Of a DNA stretch of 64,000 nucleotides, positions 1-10,655 are shown in pieces. The notes under the pieces were generated by a model. It was not told where the DNA came from and searched no databases. It saw only the letters and a program-made list of their open reading frames with translations. The stretch covers positions 96,001-160,000 of the forward strand of contig JBGAHS010000004.1 of assembly GCA_044226015.1 (NCBI GenBank). The letters are read 5' to 3'. Position 1 is the stretch's first letter. The number at the start of each line of letters is the position of its first letter. Source of the DNA: Candidatus Obscuribacteraceae bacterium. GTDB lineage: Bacteria; Cyanobacteriota; Vampirovibrionia; Obscuribacterales; Obscuribacteraceae. The position numbers and the translations under genes were made by a program.

Positions 1-474
1 TAAAACTTTCTTGCCTTGCTGTCTCATACGGTAACAGAGCTTACCAATGCTAGTTGTTTTGCCTGTTCCATTTACACCGACAACAAGAACGATGGAAAGC
101 CCTTCATCAGCTAATTTGAGCTGTGAACTAGGAGCCGATGCCAACATGCTCGTAAATTCGCGTTTCAAAAATGCCTCGACATCGTGTGAGTTCCACATTT
201 TTGCCAGAGCTTCTTTACGCATGTGCTCGACTAGCGATTCGGCGGTGGCGATTCCCACGTCAGCTCGAATCAGCTTCTCTTCAATTTCACTGAGATAGTC
301 TTCGTCGACCGCGCGTGCCGGTGCGCGATTTCCACTGCTGGAAGCAACTGCCACTCCGCCCTGTCCTTCGTCTTCTACGATTGAATCGACAAGGGTAGTT
401 TTTGTTTTAGTGAGGGCAGTTTTGAGTTTGCCCAGAGCCGTCCCCCACCATCCGCTTTTTTCTTTATCTTCCAT
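1..474 (-). CDS. ftsY: Signal recognition particle receptor FtsY (N-terminal part; continues beyond the window edge)
   Basis: Manual translation from ATG 474: MEDKEKSGWWG...LSEIEEKLIRADVG...IVLVVGVNGTGKTTSIGKL, the FtsY NG-domain P-loop. Not in the ORF track because it is truncated. Confidence 0.95.
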   Translation of the reverse strand, partial: MEDKEKSGWWGTALGKLKTALTKTKTTLVDSIVEDEGQGGVAVASSSGNRAPARAVDEDYLSEIEEKLIRADVGIATAESLVEHMRKEALAKMWNSHDVEAFLKREFTSMLASAPSSQLKLADEGLSIVLVVGVNGTGKTTSIGKLCYRMRQQGKKVL

Positions 475-477
475 TTT

Positions 478-1275
478 CTATCTCCCAACCGGTTCGCTCG
501 TCACTGAGCGATCACCATCATTGTCTTGAGCAGACAAATTGAGTTCACCTGTAAGTCTAAACTGTTCTGCATCTTCTCTGAGGTCTGCCAAAACACCATT
601 GATGAATTTGGCTGCTCGTTCATCAGCAAATCTATGTGCTAATTCCACTGCCTCATTGATCACCACTTTTAGTGGAACGTCAGGCATAAAGAATGCTTCA
701 GTGCAAGCGAGTCTAAGAATGTCTCTGTCGATGCTAATCATTCTGTCCATGCGCCATTTCGTTTTTATGGTTGAAATGATTTGATCGACTCTTTCTCTAT
801 TATCAAAATACTGTCCCAAAAGTTCTACAAGGAACTGCTTCACGTCTGTAGAACCGGCTTTTCTGACAAGAAACTTCTGGTCGTTACCACACTTCTCGCA
901 ATGAACATGTGTTGGAAGATGATCAGACGAAATAGTCATTTCTGGAATGTCTAATGCTTCCGAGATCAAATGCATTGAAATTTCAATTAGCTCAATTTGC
1001 TTTTTCAGGTCTTCCGTTGTGAAAGGTACCTTCTTCAAGTCAGCAATCTTTCTTGCATTGCTGGGATGATTGAGTTCGTATTCGTTCACTTCTTGATTGG
1101 CTTTTGTCAAGTACGAATTCGCTTCTGACAAGCACTGGCGGGCATGTTCGGTCAGAATTTGGACCGAGCGGCACAAGAGTGTATCGAATTCCATGCGTTC
1201 TAGTTGCTTCTTATCTTTTGGCAACTGCGGCATTATGATTACAGCAAGCTCTCTGGCGATGCGACGTGCAGACAT
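478..1275 (-). CDS. nusB: Transcription antitermination factor NusB, cyanobacterial-type with helical insertion
   Basis: N-terminal MSARRIARELA and C-terminal IDRDILRLA...VVINEAVELAHRF...KFINGVL motifs. Start moved from 1335 to ATG 1275. Confidence 0.92.
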   Translation of the reverse strand: MSARRIARELAVIIMPQLPKDKKQLERMEFDTLLCRSVQILTEHARQCLSEANSYLTKANQEVNEYELNHPSNARKIADLKKVPFTTEDLKKQIELIEISMHLISEALDIPEMTISSDHLPTHVHCEKCGNDQKFLVRKAGSTDVKQFLVELLGQYFDNRERVDQIISTIKTKWRMDRMISIDRDILRLACTEAFFMPDVPLKVVINEAVELAHRFADERAAKFINGVLADLREDAEQFRLTGELNLSAQDNDGDRSVTSEPVGR

Positions 1276-1373
1276 GTTTAGACTCCGATGAACAGCAAAA
1301 AGCTTGTGAAAGTATGGTTCGCGGCAATTCATCATGTTACCATGGCGTCGTTTCGCTCAATCGAGGATCTTTA

Positions 1374-1934
1374 ATGCGAATAACTGGGGGAGAGTCGCGC
1401 GGTCGGGTGATTGCCGGCCCTGAGGGACTTGAGCTGCGTCCAACGGGCTCTAAAGTGCGACAGGCTTTCTTTAACATTCTTCAGAACAAGCTTAAAGGTT
1501 CTTCTTTTCTTGATGTCTGCGCCGGCACCGGGCTCATGGGCATCGAAGCTCTCAGCCGGGGTGCAGGGAGCCTGATTTCCATCGAAGAGAACAGAAAGAT
1601 AGCAAAAAATATCGAAGCTAATTTGAAACATCTTGGCTACGATGGGGAAGTCATCGCTGGCGACCTTCGCCGCGTTTTGCCCATTCTCGAGCCGCGCGCT
1701 TTCGATATCATTTATGCTGACCCACCCTATAAAATGGGGCTCTCGGAACCTATTTTGGAACTTGTCGAGAAGCATACATTGCTCGACGATGAGGGAATTC
1801 TAGTTATTGAGCATTTGCGCAGTCTTGAACCGCCAGAAGCATGCGGGTGTTTGCTGCGGACCTCACTACGACACTATGGTCAGACCAGTTTGTCCTTCTA
1901 TTCAGAATCGAGCAAGAAGAGTGCTGATTTTTGA
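1374..1934 (+). CDS. rsmD: 16S rRNA m2G966 methyltransferase RsmD
   Basis: MRITGGESRGR...LRPT...FLDVCAGTG..GIEALSRGA and DPPY motifs. Start ATG 1374. Confidence 0.92.
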   Translation: MRITGGESRGRVIAGPEGLELRPTGSKVRQAFFNILQNKLKGSSFLDVCAGTGLMGIEALSRGAGSLISIEENRKIAKNIEANLKHLGYDGEVIAGDLRRVLPILEPRAFDIIYADPPYKMGLSEPILELVEKHTLLDDEGILVIEHLRSLEPPEACGCLLRTSLRHYGQTSLSFYSESSKKSADF

Positions 1935-2083
1935 GGCTGCGACGGCTCGGTTCCTCGGATTCAAAAGTTACGTGAGAGTTAACTGAGCTCCGTGAAAACT
2001 GTTAACTTTGCGCATTACATCATGAAGCCGAAAACCTGCTGCGCTAATTTTGACCGGTTGGGATCGAATCTGGACCTATACCG

Positions 2084-4702
2084 CTATGTGTCTTGTTCGA
2101 AGTCATTGCTGCAACAATCTATTATAAGAGGTGTGTTGCTATCTGCAGGTTTCTGGTTCTGCATCTCGCCATAGAACTCAGCTTGATCAGGCTTGCCTGC
2201 CGTAGCTGTGGTGTTATTTGTAGTGGCGCTGTCACTGCTAGCGCTGCCACCGCCTGTAGTATTGTTGCTATCAGCTGATTTGTTTGTTGAACTTGGCGGA
2301 ACTGGCATACGTCCTGTAGTTGTAGAGGGATATTTGAGTCGGTCGTGATGAAGTGTTCTCCAGACTCTTACGAAACCTCTCTTGACCTTTTCCAGCTCTT
2401 CTATCGTCAGCTCAGATTCATTGAACTGTCCGTCATCCCAACGAGCTTTGAATACGTTTGAGATTGCAGTTTCTACTTCTTCCATGGTCGGATTGCGCAT
2501 GCTGTGTGTTACGGCTTCAGAAACATCTGCAAGCATAACGATCGCGCTTTCCTTTGTTTGTGGCTTGGGTCCGGGGTACCGATAGTGGTTCGGGTCCACA
2601 TTCTCAGCGCCATCGCGCTGACATGCTTTATGATAAAAATAGGCTATGACTGTGGTGCCTTGATGTTCAGGAATGAATGCTTGCACCGCTTTTGGCAAGC
2701 CATATTTTTGTGCAAGGGCAAGACCATTTGTTACATGCGAGAGCACCTTTTCGCGCGACTCTTCTGGAGGAATGAAGTCGTGAGGGTTTTTGTCTCCTAG
2801 CTGATTTTCAATAAAGTAACGAGGCGTCACCATCTTTCCTATGTCGTGATACATCGCCCCTGTATGCACGAGATTCACGTCAACCCCAATGGCTCTAGCT
2901 CCGCCTTCTGCCAGGTTTGCCACCGCCAGGCTGTGCTGATAAGTTCCCGGTGCATTTTCTTCAAGCTGACGCATCAAAGGTTGATCTGGCTCAGCTAGTT
3001 CGGCTATGCGATATGGGGTCAAGATGCCGAAAATGTTTTCCAAAAATGGCAATGTTCCGATTGCTGCGATTGATGAAACCAAGCCTCCCAACATTTCCAT
3101 AGGAAGCGCCGACGGTAATTTAGCAAGTTGTCCGGGACTGCCGCTGATTATTATCGCAGCTGTGTAGCCGAGCATTTGCATGAGACCTATTAGTAGACTT
3201 GTGAACATCAAATCACTGCGTCGTTTGACACTGGCTCCTAAGGCCATTCCTGCAGCAGCGCCCACTGCGACCAGGTGCGCACCGGAAAGTAGGTCGCTTA
3301 CACTCAGGAAAAGTAGAATTAGTGCTGTAAGAATTGCTGTTAGCTTTCTGCCGTAGATAACCGAGAGTATTAATGCTGTTGCTGGAAGCGGCACAAACTG
3401 CGGGAATTGCTGAGGCATGAACAGAGCCACTGCTACCGTGACGATTGACACAGTAGCCATTAGTGCCACCGAGGACGGTGAAAAGAATAGCTTGGCTTCG
3501 TAGGTGTAAAGATATACCCCAAAAAGAATGTAAGCAGCGAAAAGCGATATTGCGATGACGGTGGCCAAGCCAGGGTCACTTACTTCTGTTATACCTAATG
3601 CGGTCAACGTTTTTGCTTCTTCAGCACTGATGGTTTCGCCCTTGTGCACTATTACTGCGCCAGCATCGATTTCTTTCATAACAGGTTTGACGGCAGTAAC
3701 AGCATCTTTCATTCGAGCTTCAGTTGCTGCCTGGTCAATGATTACATTCGTTTCGAGCCTGTTCGCAACAAATTTTGCAGCGCGCAATCTTACTGCGCTC
3801 TCGATTCGTTCTGGTAAAAACTCGTAAACTTGAAGCTCCCACTCGCTTTTGTCAACGAAGGGTTGCAAGCTTATGTTGTCCAGTAATTTCTGTACAGACG
3901 AATTCAATTCTTGATAGAACAAATTTGCTTCGTCTGGCTTGAGAGAAGCACTAAGCAGCAGTGCGTCGTGGTCAAATGTCATTGACTTTGATCTCAGTAT
4001 TTCGAACTGAGCGCGTGAAAGCTCGATTTTTGCCAACCATGCTTGCACTGAATTAGTGGAAGCTGCTTGAGTTGTCGCACCAGATATGGTGTCATTGCCT
4101 TTCGATTTTTGGTTGGCTCTTTTAACAGGGGCGCCAGTGCCTTTTTTACTGGAAGCCGGTTTGGGAACTAGAATTTGTGCTTCGGCATTTGCTGAAATGG
4201 TTTTATATATGGTGCTCAACCGAGAGTCTGCTATGGGGCACTCATCTAGTTTGTTTTTCAAACCATTAGCAAATTGCTCAAATTTCTCCTTCGGTAGTTC
4301 AAGCAAATAAACCTGGTCTTCGGCACTCAGCGCTGGGGCTCCTGGCAGTGGCAAAACAGACTGCTTTTGCAGTTCGCTCATCTTTTGAACACTGTTTTTG
4401 ACCTGGCTCATGACATCGGCGCACTTATGAGCGTCTCGTCGAAGAGCGGGAAGAATTGTCCGCTTAGCTAATTCAGCTTGCTCCTGAGTTTTTTCCTCAT
4501 CTGGAACATAGGCGCGATTCGGCGAGACGAGGTCTTGCTCTGCCACATCGCCAGCTTTGATGTGGTGTCCATAGTAATGGGGACCCGCCAGTATCAATAG
4601 CAAGATCACATAGCTCGAACAAACTACGATGAACCAGGCTAAGGTTCCTGCGAGAGAATAATTGGGGGCTTTATTTGCAGCCTTCGTCTGACTTCCAGTC
4701 AT
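2084..4702 (-). CDS. 7TM-HD membrane phosphohydrolase (PgpH/YqfF-like, putative c-di-AMP phosphodiesterase)
   Basis: N-terminal TM, large extracytoplasmic domain, multi-TM block, then APGTYQHS...YHDIGK...YFIENQ...EHQGT...YRYPGPKPQ...VMLAD HD-domain motifs. Confidence 0.85.
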   Translation of the reverse strand: MTGSQTKAANKAPNYSLAGTLAWFIVVCSSYVILLLILAGPHYYGHHIKAGDVAEQDLVSPNRAYVPDEEKTQEQAELAKRTILPALRRDAHKCADVMSQVKNSVQKMSELQKQSVLPLPGAPALSAEDQVYLLELPKEKFEQFANGLKNKLDECPIADSRLSTIYKTISANAEAQILVPKPASSKKGTGAPVKRANQKSKGNDTISGATTQAASTNSVQAWLAKIELSRAQFEILRSKSMTFDHDALLLSASLKPDEANLFYQELNSSVQKLLDNISLQPFVDKSEWELQVYEFLPERIESAVRLRAAKFVANRLETNVIIDQAATEARMKDAVTAVKPVMKEIDAGAVIVHKGETISAEEAKTLTALGITEVSDPGLATVIAISLFAAYILFGVYLYTYEAKLFFSPSSVALMATVSIVTVAVALFMPQQFPQFVPLPATALILSVIYGRKLTAILTALILLFLSVSDLLSGAHLVAVGAAAGMALGASVKRRSDLMFTSLLIGLMQMLGYTAAIIISGSPGQLAKLPSALPMEMLGGLVSSIAAIGTLPFLENIFGILTPYRIAELAEPDQPLMRQLEENAPGTYQHSLAVANLAEGGARAIGVDVNLVHTGAMYHDIGKMVTPRYFIENQLGDKNPHDFIPPEESREKVLSHVTNGLALAQKYGLPKAVQAFIPEHQGTTVIAYFYHKACQRDGAENVDPNHYRYPGPKPQTKESAIVMLADVSEAVTHSMRNPTMEEVETAISNVFKARWDDGQFNESELTIEELEKVKRGFVRVWRTLHHDRLKYPSTTTGRMPVPPSSTNKSADSNNTTGGGSASSDSATTNNTTATAGKPDQAEFYGEMQNQKPADSNTPLIIDCCSNDFEQDT

Positions 4703-4833
4703 GAGAACTAGTCGTAATACCAGCCATCTAGGAACACCCCATCATACCCGTAAAATCGAGAAACTTAACAAATTGCCAGATTTTACCCGGCAAAAAGCTT
4801 CCGCGGTCTGATAAAGGTAATTTTCCTTGTGAA

Positions 4834-5928
4834 CTAGTTATCGGTGTTGAGAGTTTTCTTCACACGGTAAATCAGCTTATCTTGCGATTCATGGTAGGTA
4901 CGCATCAATATTTCCGCAATCAGTCCCATGAAAATGAACTGCACGCCGAGCATTATGCACATCGCAACGAGCACTGGCAGTGGAGTGAGGATGAATGAGG
5001 TTGCGTACTGGAACTTCAGAATCAGCATCCAGACAAATCCGAGGAAGCCACCTGCAAAGCAAAGGAAGCCCATCGAGCCGAACATGTGAATTGGCTTGGT
5101 TGCGTAAGAAGACAGGAATTTTACAAGTATGAGGTCAAGCGCAACCTTGAAGGTACGCGACAAGCCGTACTTTGATTGCCCAAATTGTCTTGCATGGTGG
5201 GTGACTGGAATTTCAGTCACTTTTGCGCCCATCCAGCTTGCATAAATCGGCACAAATCTGTGCATTTCGCCATAGAGTCTGACATCTTTTATGACATCAC
5301 GACGATATGCTTTCAGCGAACAACCGTAGTCGTGAAGCCTGACTCCACTTATGACGGAAATGAGTTTGTTTGCAGTCCATGAAGGAATCAGACGTGTGAA
5401 AAACTCGTCTTGTCTCTCTTTTCTCCAACCGCTGACGCAGTCAAAGCCTTCATCTAATTTCTGAAGCAGACGAGAAATGTCTACGGGGTCATTTTGAAGG
5501 TCGGCGTCCATCGGGATAATGATGTCCCCGGTGGCGTAGTCGATGCCGGCTGCTAGAGCGGCAGTCTGACCAAAGTTTCTGACGAAGCGCACACAATGAA
5601 TTCGCTTGTCTTTCGCAGCGATTTCTTCAAGCAATTCCCATGAACGGTCCTTTGAACCGTCATCAACCAGAACTGCTTCCCAGGTTCGCCCAAGGCTATC
5701 GAGAGCGCTCACCAGCTTTTCATACAAGCGTGGCAAACTTTCCTCTTCGTTGTAAACGGGAACCAGCACCGAAATTTCCGGCGCCTTTCTGTTTTCGACC
5801 GCGGTCGCTTTGACTGCCGCACGTTCAGCTGGAACGTGACTAGCCTCGTCGCCCGGAGGGCTGAAATCAGTACTCATGCTAGTGATAACTTCATAACTCA
5901 TGCGGGCATTATACGACTGCCCTACCAT
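4834..5928 (-). CDS. GT2 polyprenol-phosphate glycosyltransferase (ArnC/GtrB-like)
   Basis: VLVPVYNEE, VDDGSKD, RNFGQTAA, MDADLQND motifs and two C-terminal TM helices. True start may be a later Met. Confidence 0.88.
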   Translation of the reverse strand: MVGQSYNARMSYEVITSMSTDFSPPGDEASHVPAERAAVKATAVENRKAPEISVLVPVYNEEESLPRLYEKLVSALDSLGRTWEAVLVDDGSKDRSWELLEEIAAKDKRIHCVRFVRNFGQTAALAAGIDYATGDIIIPMDADLQNDPVDISRLLQKLDEGFDCVSGWRKERQDEFFTRLIPSWTANKLISVISGVRLHDYGCSLKAYRRDVIKDVRLYGEMHRFVPIYASWMGAKVTEIPVTHHARQFGQSKYGLSRTFKVALDLILVKFLSSYATKPIHMFGSMGFLCFAGGFLGFVWMLILKFQYATSFILTPLPVLVAMCIMLGVQFIFMGLIAEILMRTYHESQDKLIYRVKKTLNTDN

Positions 5929-6142
5929 CTCACACCTTGGTTTCCTATAAGCTTCTGTTGGCTACGTCCCGTTTACATCGTCAACACTGGCTTTCTGACT
6001 ATATTGGGTTTCTTTTCATCCTTTTGTGCTTATATTTTGGTAAGGTTCGCATCTATTTTTGCGGTCCTCTCATCAAAACGCTTTGCTAATGGCATTTCCA
6101 GTGATGCGCGGTCATTCGTCGAAGCGCTTATAATAGTGAGCT

Positions 6143-7261
6143 ATGGCGATCATTCCCAGTTCAATAGATGACATGCCCGGCGAAGACGACTCGTCTGCAG
6201 AGAAAAGCGAGCGCCCAAAGGCTCGGCGCACCGGCGTTCTTTCAGCTAAGGAAAGTATGTCTGACCGCAAGGCTGAAATTACTTTGCGCCCGCAAACTCT
6301 AGCGGAGTATATAGGTCAGACACGTACTCGCTCTATGTTGGAGATGTCGGTTGCAGCTGCGAAGTCACGAAAAGAGCCACTTGATCACATTCTATTTTAT
6401 GGACCTCCGGGGCTTGGCAAAACTTCATTATCAAATGTAATCGCCAACGAGATGGGCGCGAAAATGCATTTGAGTTCTGGTCCTGCGCTTGAGCGCCCGC
6501 GCGACATCATTGGTTTATTGCACCAGTTAGAAGCTGGTGATGTTCTCTTTATAGATGAGATTCACCGGCTCAACCGCATAGCAGAAGAGTTGCTTTACCC
6601 TGCAATAGAAGACTTCGCAATTGATTTGACTGCAGGGAAGGGTCACGCGACGCGAACTATGCGCTTACCATTGCCGCGCTTCACATTGATAGGTGCCACC
6701 ACTAAAGCTGCGATGCTATCCAATGCACTTCGCGATAGATTTGGTTTTGTGTTGCGCCTGGATTTCTATAATCTAGAAGAACTTGGACAAATTGTCAGTC
6801 GAACCGCGTCTATTCTGGATATACAAATCGAGGCGGAAGCGGTGAAAATTGTTGCTGCAAGAGCTAGAGGTACGCCTCGAATAGCCAACCGTTTGGTTCG
6901 CCTGGTGCGAGACTATGCACAATTTAAAGGACACCCCGTTGTTGATGAAGACATAGCGGCGAGTGCTCTTGAGACATATCAGGTTGACGCGCAGGGCTTA
7001 GACCCTACCGACAGGCGTTTACTTTCTGTGATTATCGATGCCTATGCAGGTGGTCCTGTTGGGCTTGAAGCTGTTGCCGCCAGCTTGGGTGAAGATAGCG
7101 ACACTGTTGAAGATGTTTATGAACCTTACCTGATTCAGTGTGGATTAATACAACGCACTCACAGAGGTCGTGTCGCAACTCCAGCTGCCTATGCTCATCT
7201 CGGCAAGTCGGCTCCGGGAGGGCAACTCAGTTTGAAACTCAGCTCTGATCTGGAGAGCTAA
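6143..7261 (+). CDS. ruvB: Holliday junction helicase RuvB
   Basis: LRPQTLAEYIGQ, GPPGLGKT, FIDEIHRL, RGTPRIANRL, EPYLIQ motifs. Confidence 0.97.
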   Translation: MAIIPSSIDDMPGEDDSSAEKSERPKARRTGVLSAKESMSDRKAEITLRPQTLAEYIGQTRTRSMLEMSVAAAKSRKEPLDHILFYGPPGLGKTSLSNVIANEMGAKMHLSSGPALERPRDIIGLLHQLEAGDVLFIDEIHRLNRIAEELLYPAIEDFAIDLTAGKGHATRTMRLPLPRFTLIGATTKAAMLSNALRDRFGFVLRLDFYNLEELGQIVSRTASILDIQIEAEAVKIVAARARGTPRIANRLVRLVRDYAQFKGHPVVDEDIAASALETYQVDAQGLDPTDRRLLSVIIDAYAGGPVGLEAVAASLGEDSDTVEDVYEPYLIQCGLIQRTHRGRVATPAAYAHLGKSAPGGQLSLKLSSDLES

Positions 7262-7262
7262 A

Positions 7263-8585
7263 ATGTCATTGGACGTCAGGTCAGCAACATTGAGGTCAGC
7301 GACAATCTCGGTATGTTTGTGTCTGCTGGCAGTGCAGCCTGTTCTCAGTATTGATGAACAAAAAGATGGCGGACAGGCGAAGAACGCGCAAAGTTCTGCT
7401 ACAGGAAAGAACCCCGCTGAACGAAACGCTGCTGAAAAAAACGGCAGCCCGATTCTTGTTAGAAGCATGACTCAGAGTTCTCCGGCTTCAATAAAAGAAG
7501 ATTTTGTTGTAGGCAAGGTTAAGTCTGTCTCCGATGCCACTGTCAATTCTCAAATTCTCTCTGGAAGCGGAATGGTGACGCGTACCCAGAAAGTCGATGT
7601 TGAGGTATTGGAGGGACCACTTAAGGGTGTTACCGTGCCTGTTTTGAACGAATTGACGGACAACCCTTCCTTCAATATTTCAGTCCAAGAGGGAAAAGAG
7701 GTGATACTGTCTGTAGTGGCAGATGGTAAGGCGATGGAGTTCAATATCGCTGACTATCACCGCGCACCTACCCTTGCAATTTTGGGACTGGTGTTTCTTG
7801 CAGCCTTTCTGTATTTCGGAGGGAAGTCTGCCGTTAAATCGCTGCTTGGTTTGCTTGCGGCGATAGGCTTAATTGGCTTTGTTTTACTGCCGTTGAGTCT
7901 AAAGGGGTTCAATCCATTGATTAGCGCTGCGTTAATTTGCTTTGCTGCCTCTTGCGTCACCGTGTGGGCAATCGCTGGGCGCTCAAAGAAATCGCTTGCC
8001 GCTCTGCTAGGAACTTTTGGCGGAGTCGTTGTTTCGGGAATTGCTGCGCAGTTGGTGATTGTTTCAGCTCCATTGACGGGCTTGTCTTCTGAAGAGGCGC
8101 AAATTTTGCGCGCTAACATGACTGGGCAATCACCGGTATTCTTTTCGGGATTGCTAGCCGCCTCGATGCTTATTGGAGCGCTCGGTGTCATCATGGACGT
8201 TGGCATTTCGATTGCGTCAGCCGTCTGGGAATTGAGTCAGACTGACCCTGGTCTGTGTGCGCGGCAGCTATACGAAAAGGGCATGAATGTTGGAAGAGAC
8301 ATCATGGGCAGTATGACTTGCACTCTGGTTCTTGCTTATTCAGGAAGTGCTCTGCCGCTGCTTCTTCTCATGTCTACGATGCCTTCAATGAAGCTGGTGA
8401 ATCTTGATCTCGTGGCAAGCGAAATTGCTGCTGCACTCACGGGTAGTCTTGGTCTAGTTTGCACGATTCCATTGACGGCGCTAGCCGCATCTCGGCTTAT
8501 GGCGCACGGTGGTGGTGCCGCTGCTGCGGTGGACAAATCGAATTCGAAAGACCCTTTTGCGGAGTTCGATAAATCTAGTGTCTAA
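7263..8585 (+). CDS. YibE/F family membrane protein
   Basis: Signal peptide, soluble domain, multi-TM C-terminus with IGALGVIMDVGISIAS and GMNVGRDIMGSM..TLVLAYSG motifs. Confidence 0.85.
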   Translation: MSLDVRSATLRSATISVCLCLLAVQPVLSIDEQKDGGQAKNAQSSATGKNPAERNAAEKNGSPILVRSMTQSSPASIKEDFVVGKVKSVSDATVNSQILSGSGMVTRTQKVDVEVLEGPLKGVTVPVLNELTDNPSFNISVQEGKEVILSVVADGKAMEFNIADYHRAPTLAILGLVFLAAFLYFGGKSAVKSLLGLLAAIGLIGFVLLPLSLKGFNPLISAALICFAASCVTVWAIAGRSKKSLAALLGTFGGVVVSGIAAQLVIVSAPLTGLSSEEAQILRANMTGQSPVFFSGLLAASMLIGALGVIMDVGISIASAVWELSQTDPGLCARQLYEKGMNVGRDIMGSMTCTLVLAYSGSALPLLLLMSTMPSMKLVNLDLVASEIAAALTGSLGLVCTIPLTALAASRLMAHGGGAAAAVDKSNSKDPFAEFDKSSV

Positions 8586-9483
8586 GCGCGTTATATACGG
8601 ATTTCTTCTTTTCTCGATTGCTGTGTTCGGGCTAATCGTTGGTGGAATTGTCTGGCCGATAGTTCTTGGTACAGCATGCATCATTGGAGGAAACGAATTC
8701 GTTGCGATGTCGCAAGCAAAAGGAATGAAGCCGTCACCTCGACTGGTACGCTTCATGATTTTTTGTTTCTTTCTAACAGCCGGAATTCCGACAATTCCAG
8801 GGCTGGAGCATCTTGGTCCTAAATGGTCTATTGATCACTTTCCATTCCTTTTTACGTTTGGAATTTGTGCTTCGTTTTTCCGCCTTTTATTCAGAACAGA
8901 GAATCCACCTGCCACCATTGCTGATATTGCCACCACTATTCTCGGTTTCATTTATGTAGGATGGCTGCCCAGTCACCTTATTCTCCTGCGCAATGTTGTC
9001 CCGGCTGATTCAGTTCTTTCTGCTAACCCTCTGCAGCAGCCGGGGTTGGCCTATGTCTGGGCAAGCTTGTTTATTATTTGGGCGACGGATGTTTTTGCAT
9101 ATTATGCTGGCAAGAAGTTCGGCAAGCGATTGCTCTATCCTCAGATAAGTCCGAAGAAGACAATTGAGGGTGCCGTTGGGGGACTCTTATCAGCAGTTTT
9201 CTGGTCTGTGGTTGTTGTCTATTGCGCTGACCATTATGTGTTTCCGCAGCTGCAGCCGTTTCAAGGAAAGCTCTGGCAAGCACCACTCATGGGTGCGTTT
9301 GTGTCAATCGGAGCTCAGCTCGGTGATTTATGCGAGTCCCTATTAAAGCGCGATGCCGGAATGAAAGATTCCGGCACGCTAATTCCTGGTCATGGTGGCA
9401 TGTTAGACCGCGGCGACGGTCTGATTTTCGGCGGAGCCATTAGCTATTACTGGATCTGCCTTTTTGTGCTTGGCACGCTCTGA
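8578..9483 (+). CDS. cdsA: Phosphatidate cytidylyltransferase
   Basis: DVFAYYAGK.FGK, ISPKKTIEG, GDLCESLLKRDAGMKDSG.LIPGHGGMLDR signature. Likely GTG start at 8578, overlapping the upstream stop. Confidence 0.93.
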   Translation: MSKRVIYGFLLFSIAVFGLIVGGIVWPIVLGTACIIGGNEFVAMSQAKGMKPSPRLVRFMIFCFFLTAGIPTIPGLEHLGPKWSIDHFPFLFTFGICASFFRLLFRTENPPATIADIATTILGFIYVGWLPSHLILLRNVVPADSVLSANPLQQPGLAYVWASLFIIWATDVFAYYAGKKFGKRLLYPQISPKKTIEGAVGGLLSAVFWSVVVVYCADHYVFPQLQPFQGKLWQAPLMGAFVSIGAQLGDLCESLLKRDAGMKDSGTLIPGHGGMLDRGDGLIFGGAISYYWICLFVLGTL

Positions 9484-9486
9484 GAA

Positions 9487-10431
9487 TTATTTGTCTTTTG
9501 CTTTCGAGATGATGTAAGTCGCATTTTCGGATGCGGTGAATTTCAAGTTCTTTGGCATCATCGAATTGATAACCGCGTTGAAATTTTTCACTTGCTCTGG
9601 TGGCGACATTGCAAGTTCTGCCAATGTTCGTTCCATTTTGAACTTTTCTCGAGCACTCAGCTGCCCGCCAGAGCCCTCTTTTGCAGCGGACTCTGCCACC
9701 TGCTTCATAGCATCCATTTTTTCCTGACTTGGTGCGACAACAAATCTGTTTTGGTGTTTTTGCAACTCATAACCTGTCCAGACTTTGCTGTTCACCTGAT
9801 TGAAAAACTCATTGACGGCGGCTTCCCCGCCTTTCTTTGCTATGGTGTTAGCGCTTTTTTCAATGCTTTCCCAAGCATCAGGCGACATTGGTGGTCCGTC
9901 AAGTTGCCTTTCCGATAGACCTTTTTGAGCGTCGGCGATCATATCTAATCTTTCTTGCGTAGGTCCTATTCGATAAGCTCCTCCATCGCCAATTGTCTTA
10001 AACTCAAGACCATAACGCAGTTTCGCGTTAACTGCCTTTTCGAACTCGTCTACTCCCTTTTGTCCCTCGCTGGCTCGAATCTTCCGAATAGTGTTGTTTA
10101 GGTCTTCTGGAGAGCCAGGGTCTGGAGGCGCGGCTGGGGGCGCATCTGAGGGGCCCGAAGGGGAATACTCATTCAGTGATTTCACTGCAATATCAACTGC
10201 GGAATTTTTGTCGAATTTTTTTGTAGAGTTATCCACGATCTCGAATTTATTGTTGAGACCCTTCACTACACTATCTTTTGCACTCGCTTCCGTGGAAGCC
10301 TTTCTGGCACTATCATCACTGGGTGCTTCGGACTTCTGTGCCCGAGGAGCAAGATCATCATTCAGAATAAGTGCTGGCTCTGTAGTTTCTTTTGTTGGTG
10401 GATCGTTTTCCTGCACGTCACGAATCGGCAT
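9487..10431 (-). CDS. Hypothetical protein with three internal ~80-aa repeats
   Basis: 314-aa ORF filling the gap; repeated helix-strand units visible (see findings). Confidence 0.7.
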   Translation of the reverse strand: MPIRDVQENDPPTKETTEPALILNDDLAPRAQKSEAPSDDSARKASTEASAKDSVVKGLNNKFEIVDNSTKKFDKNSAVDIAVKSLNEYSPSGPSDAPPAAPPDPGSPEDLNNTIRKIRASEGQKGVDEFEKAVNAKLRYGLEFKTIGDGGAYRIGPTQERLDMIADAQKGLSERQLDGPPMSPDAWESIEKSANTIAKKGGEAAVNEFFNQVNSKVWTGYELQKHQNRFVVAPSQEKMDAMKQVAESAAKEGSGGQLSAREKFKMERTLAELAMSPPEQVKNFNAVINSMMPKNLKFTASENATYIISKAKDK

Positions 10432-10655
10432 CGGTATTACCTTTCTTGCGGGGAGAGTTGGTAGCTTGAAATGCTAAGGCAGATTTGTGGCAGAAAAGTA
10501 CCTCCGGTCGAAACGCGGAGCAACGAGCGTCAGCAAAGATTTCCGGAAATCCAGCCCTATTTGAATTCCTATTTGGATACTCGCAGCCTGCTTCTGGCTA
10601 TATGGGGTTGAGGAATTTCGCTTGAGTTGATCTGCGTTTTTTTTTGTTCTCCGAA

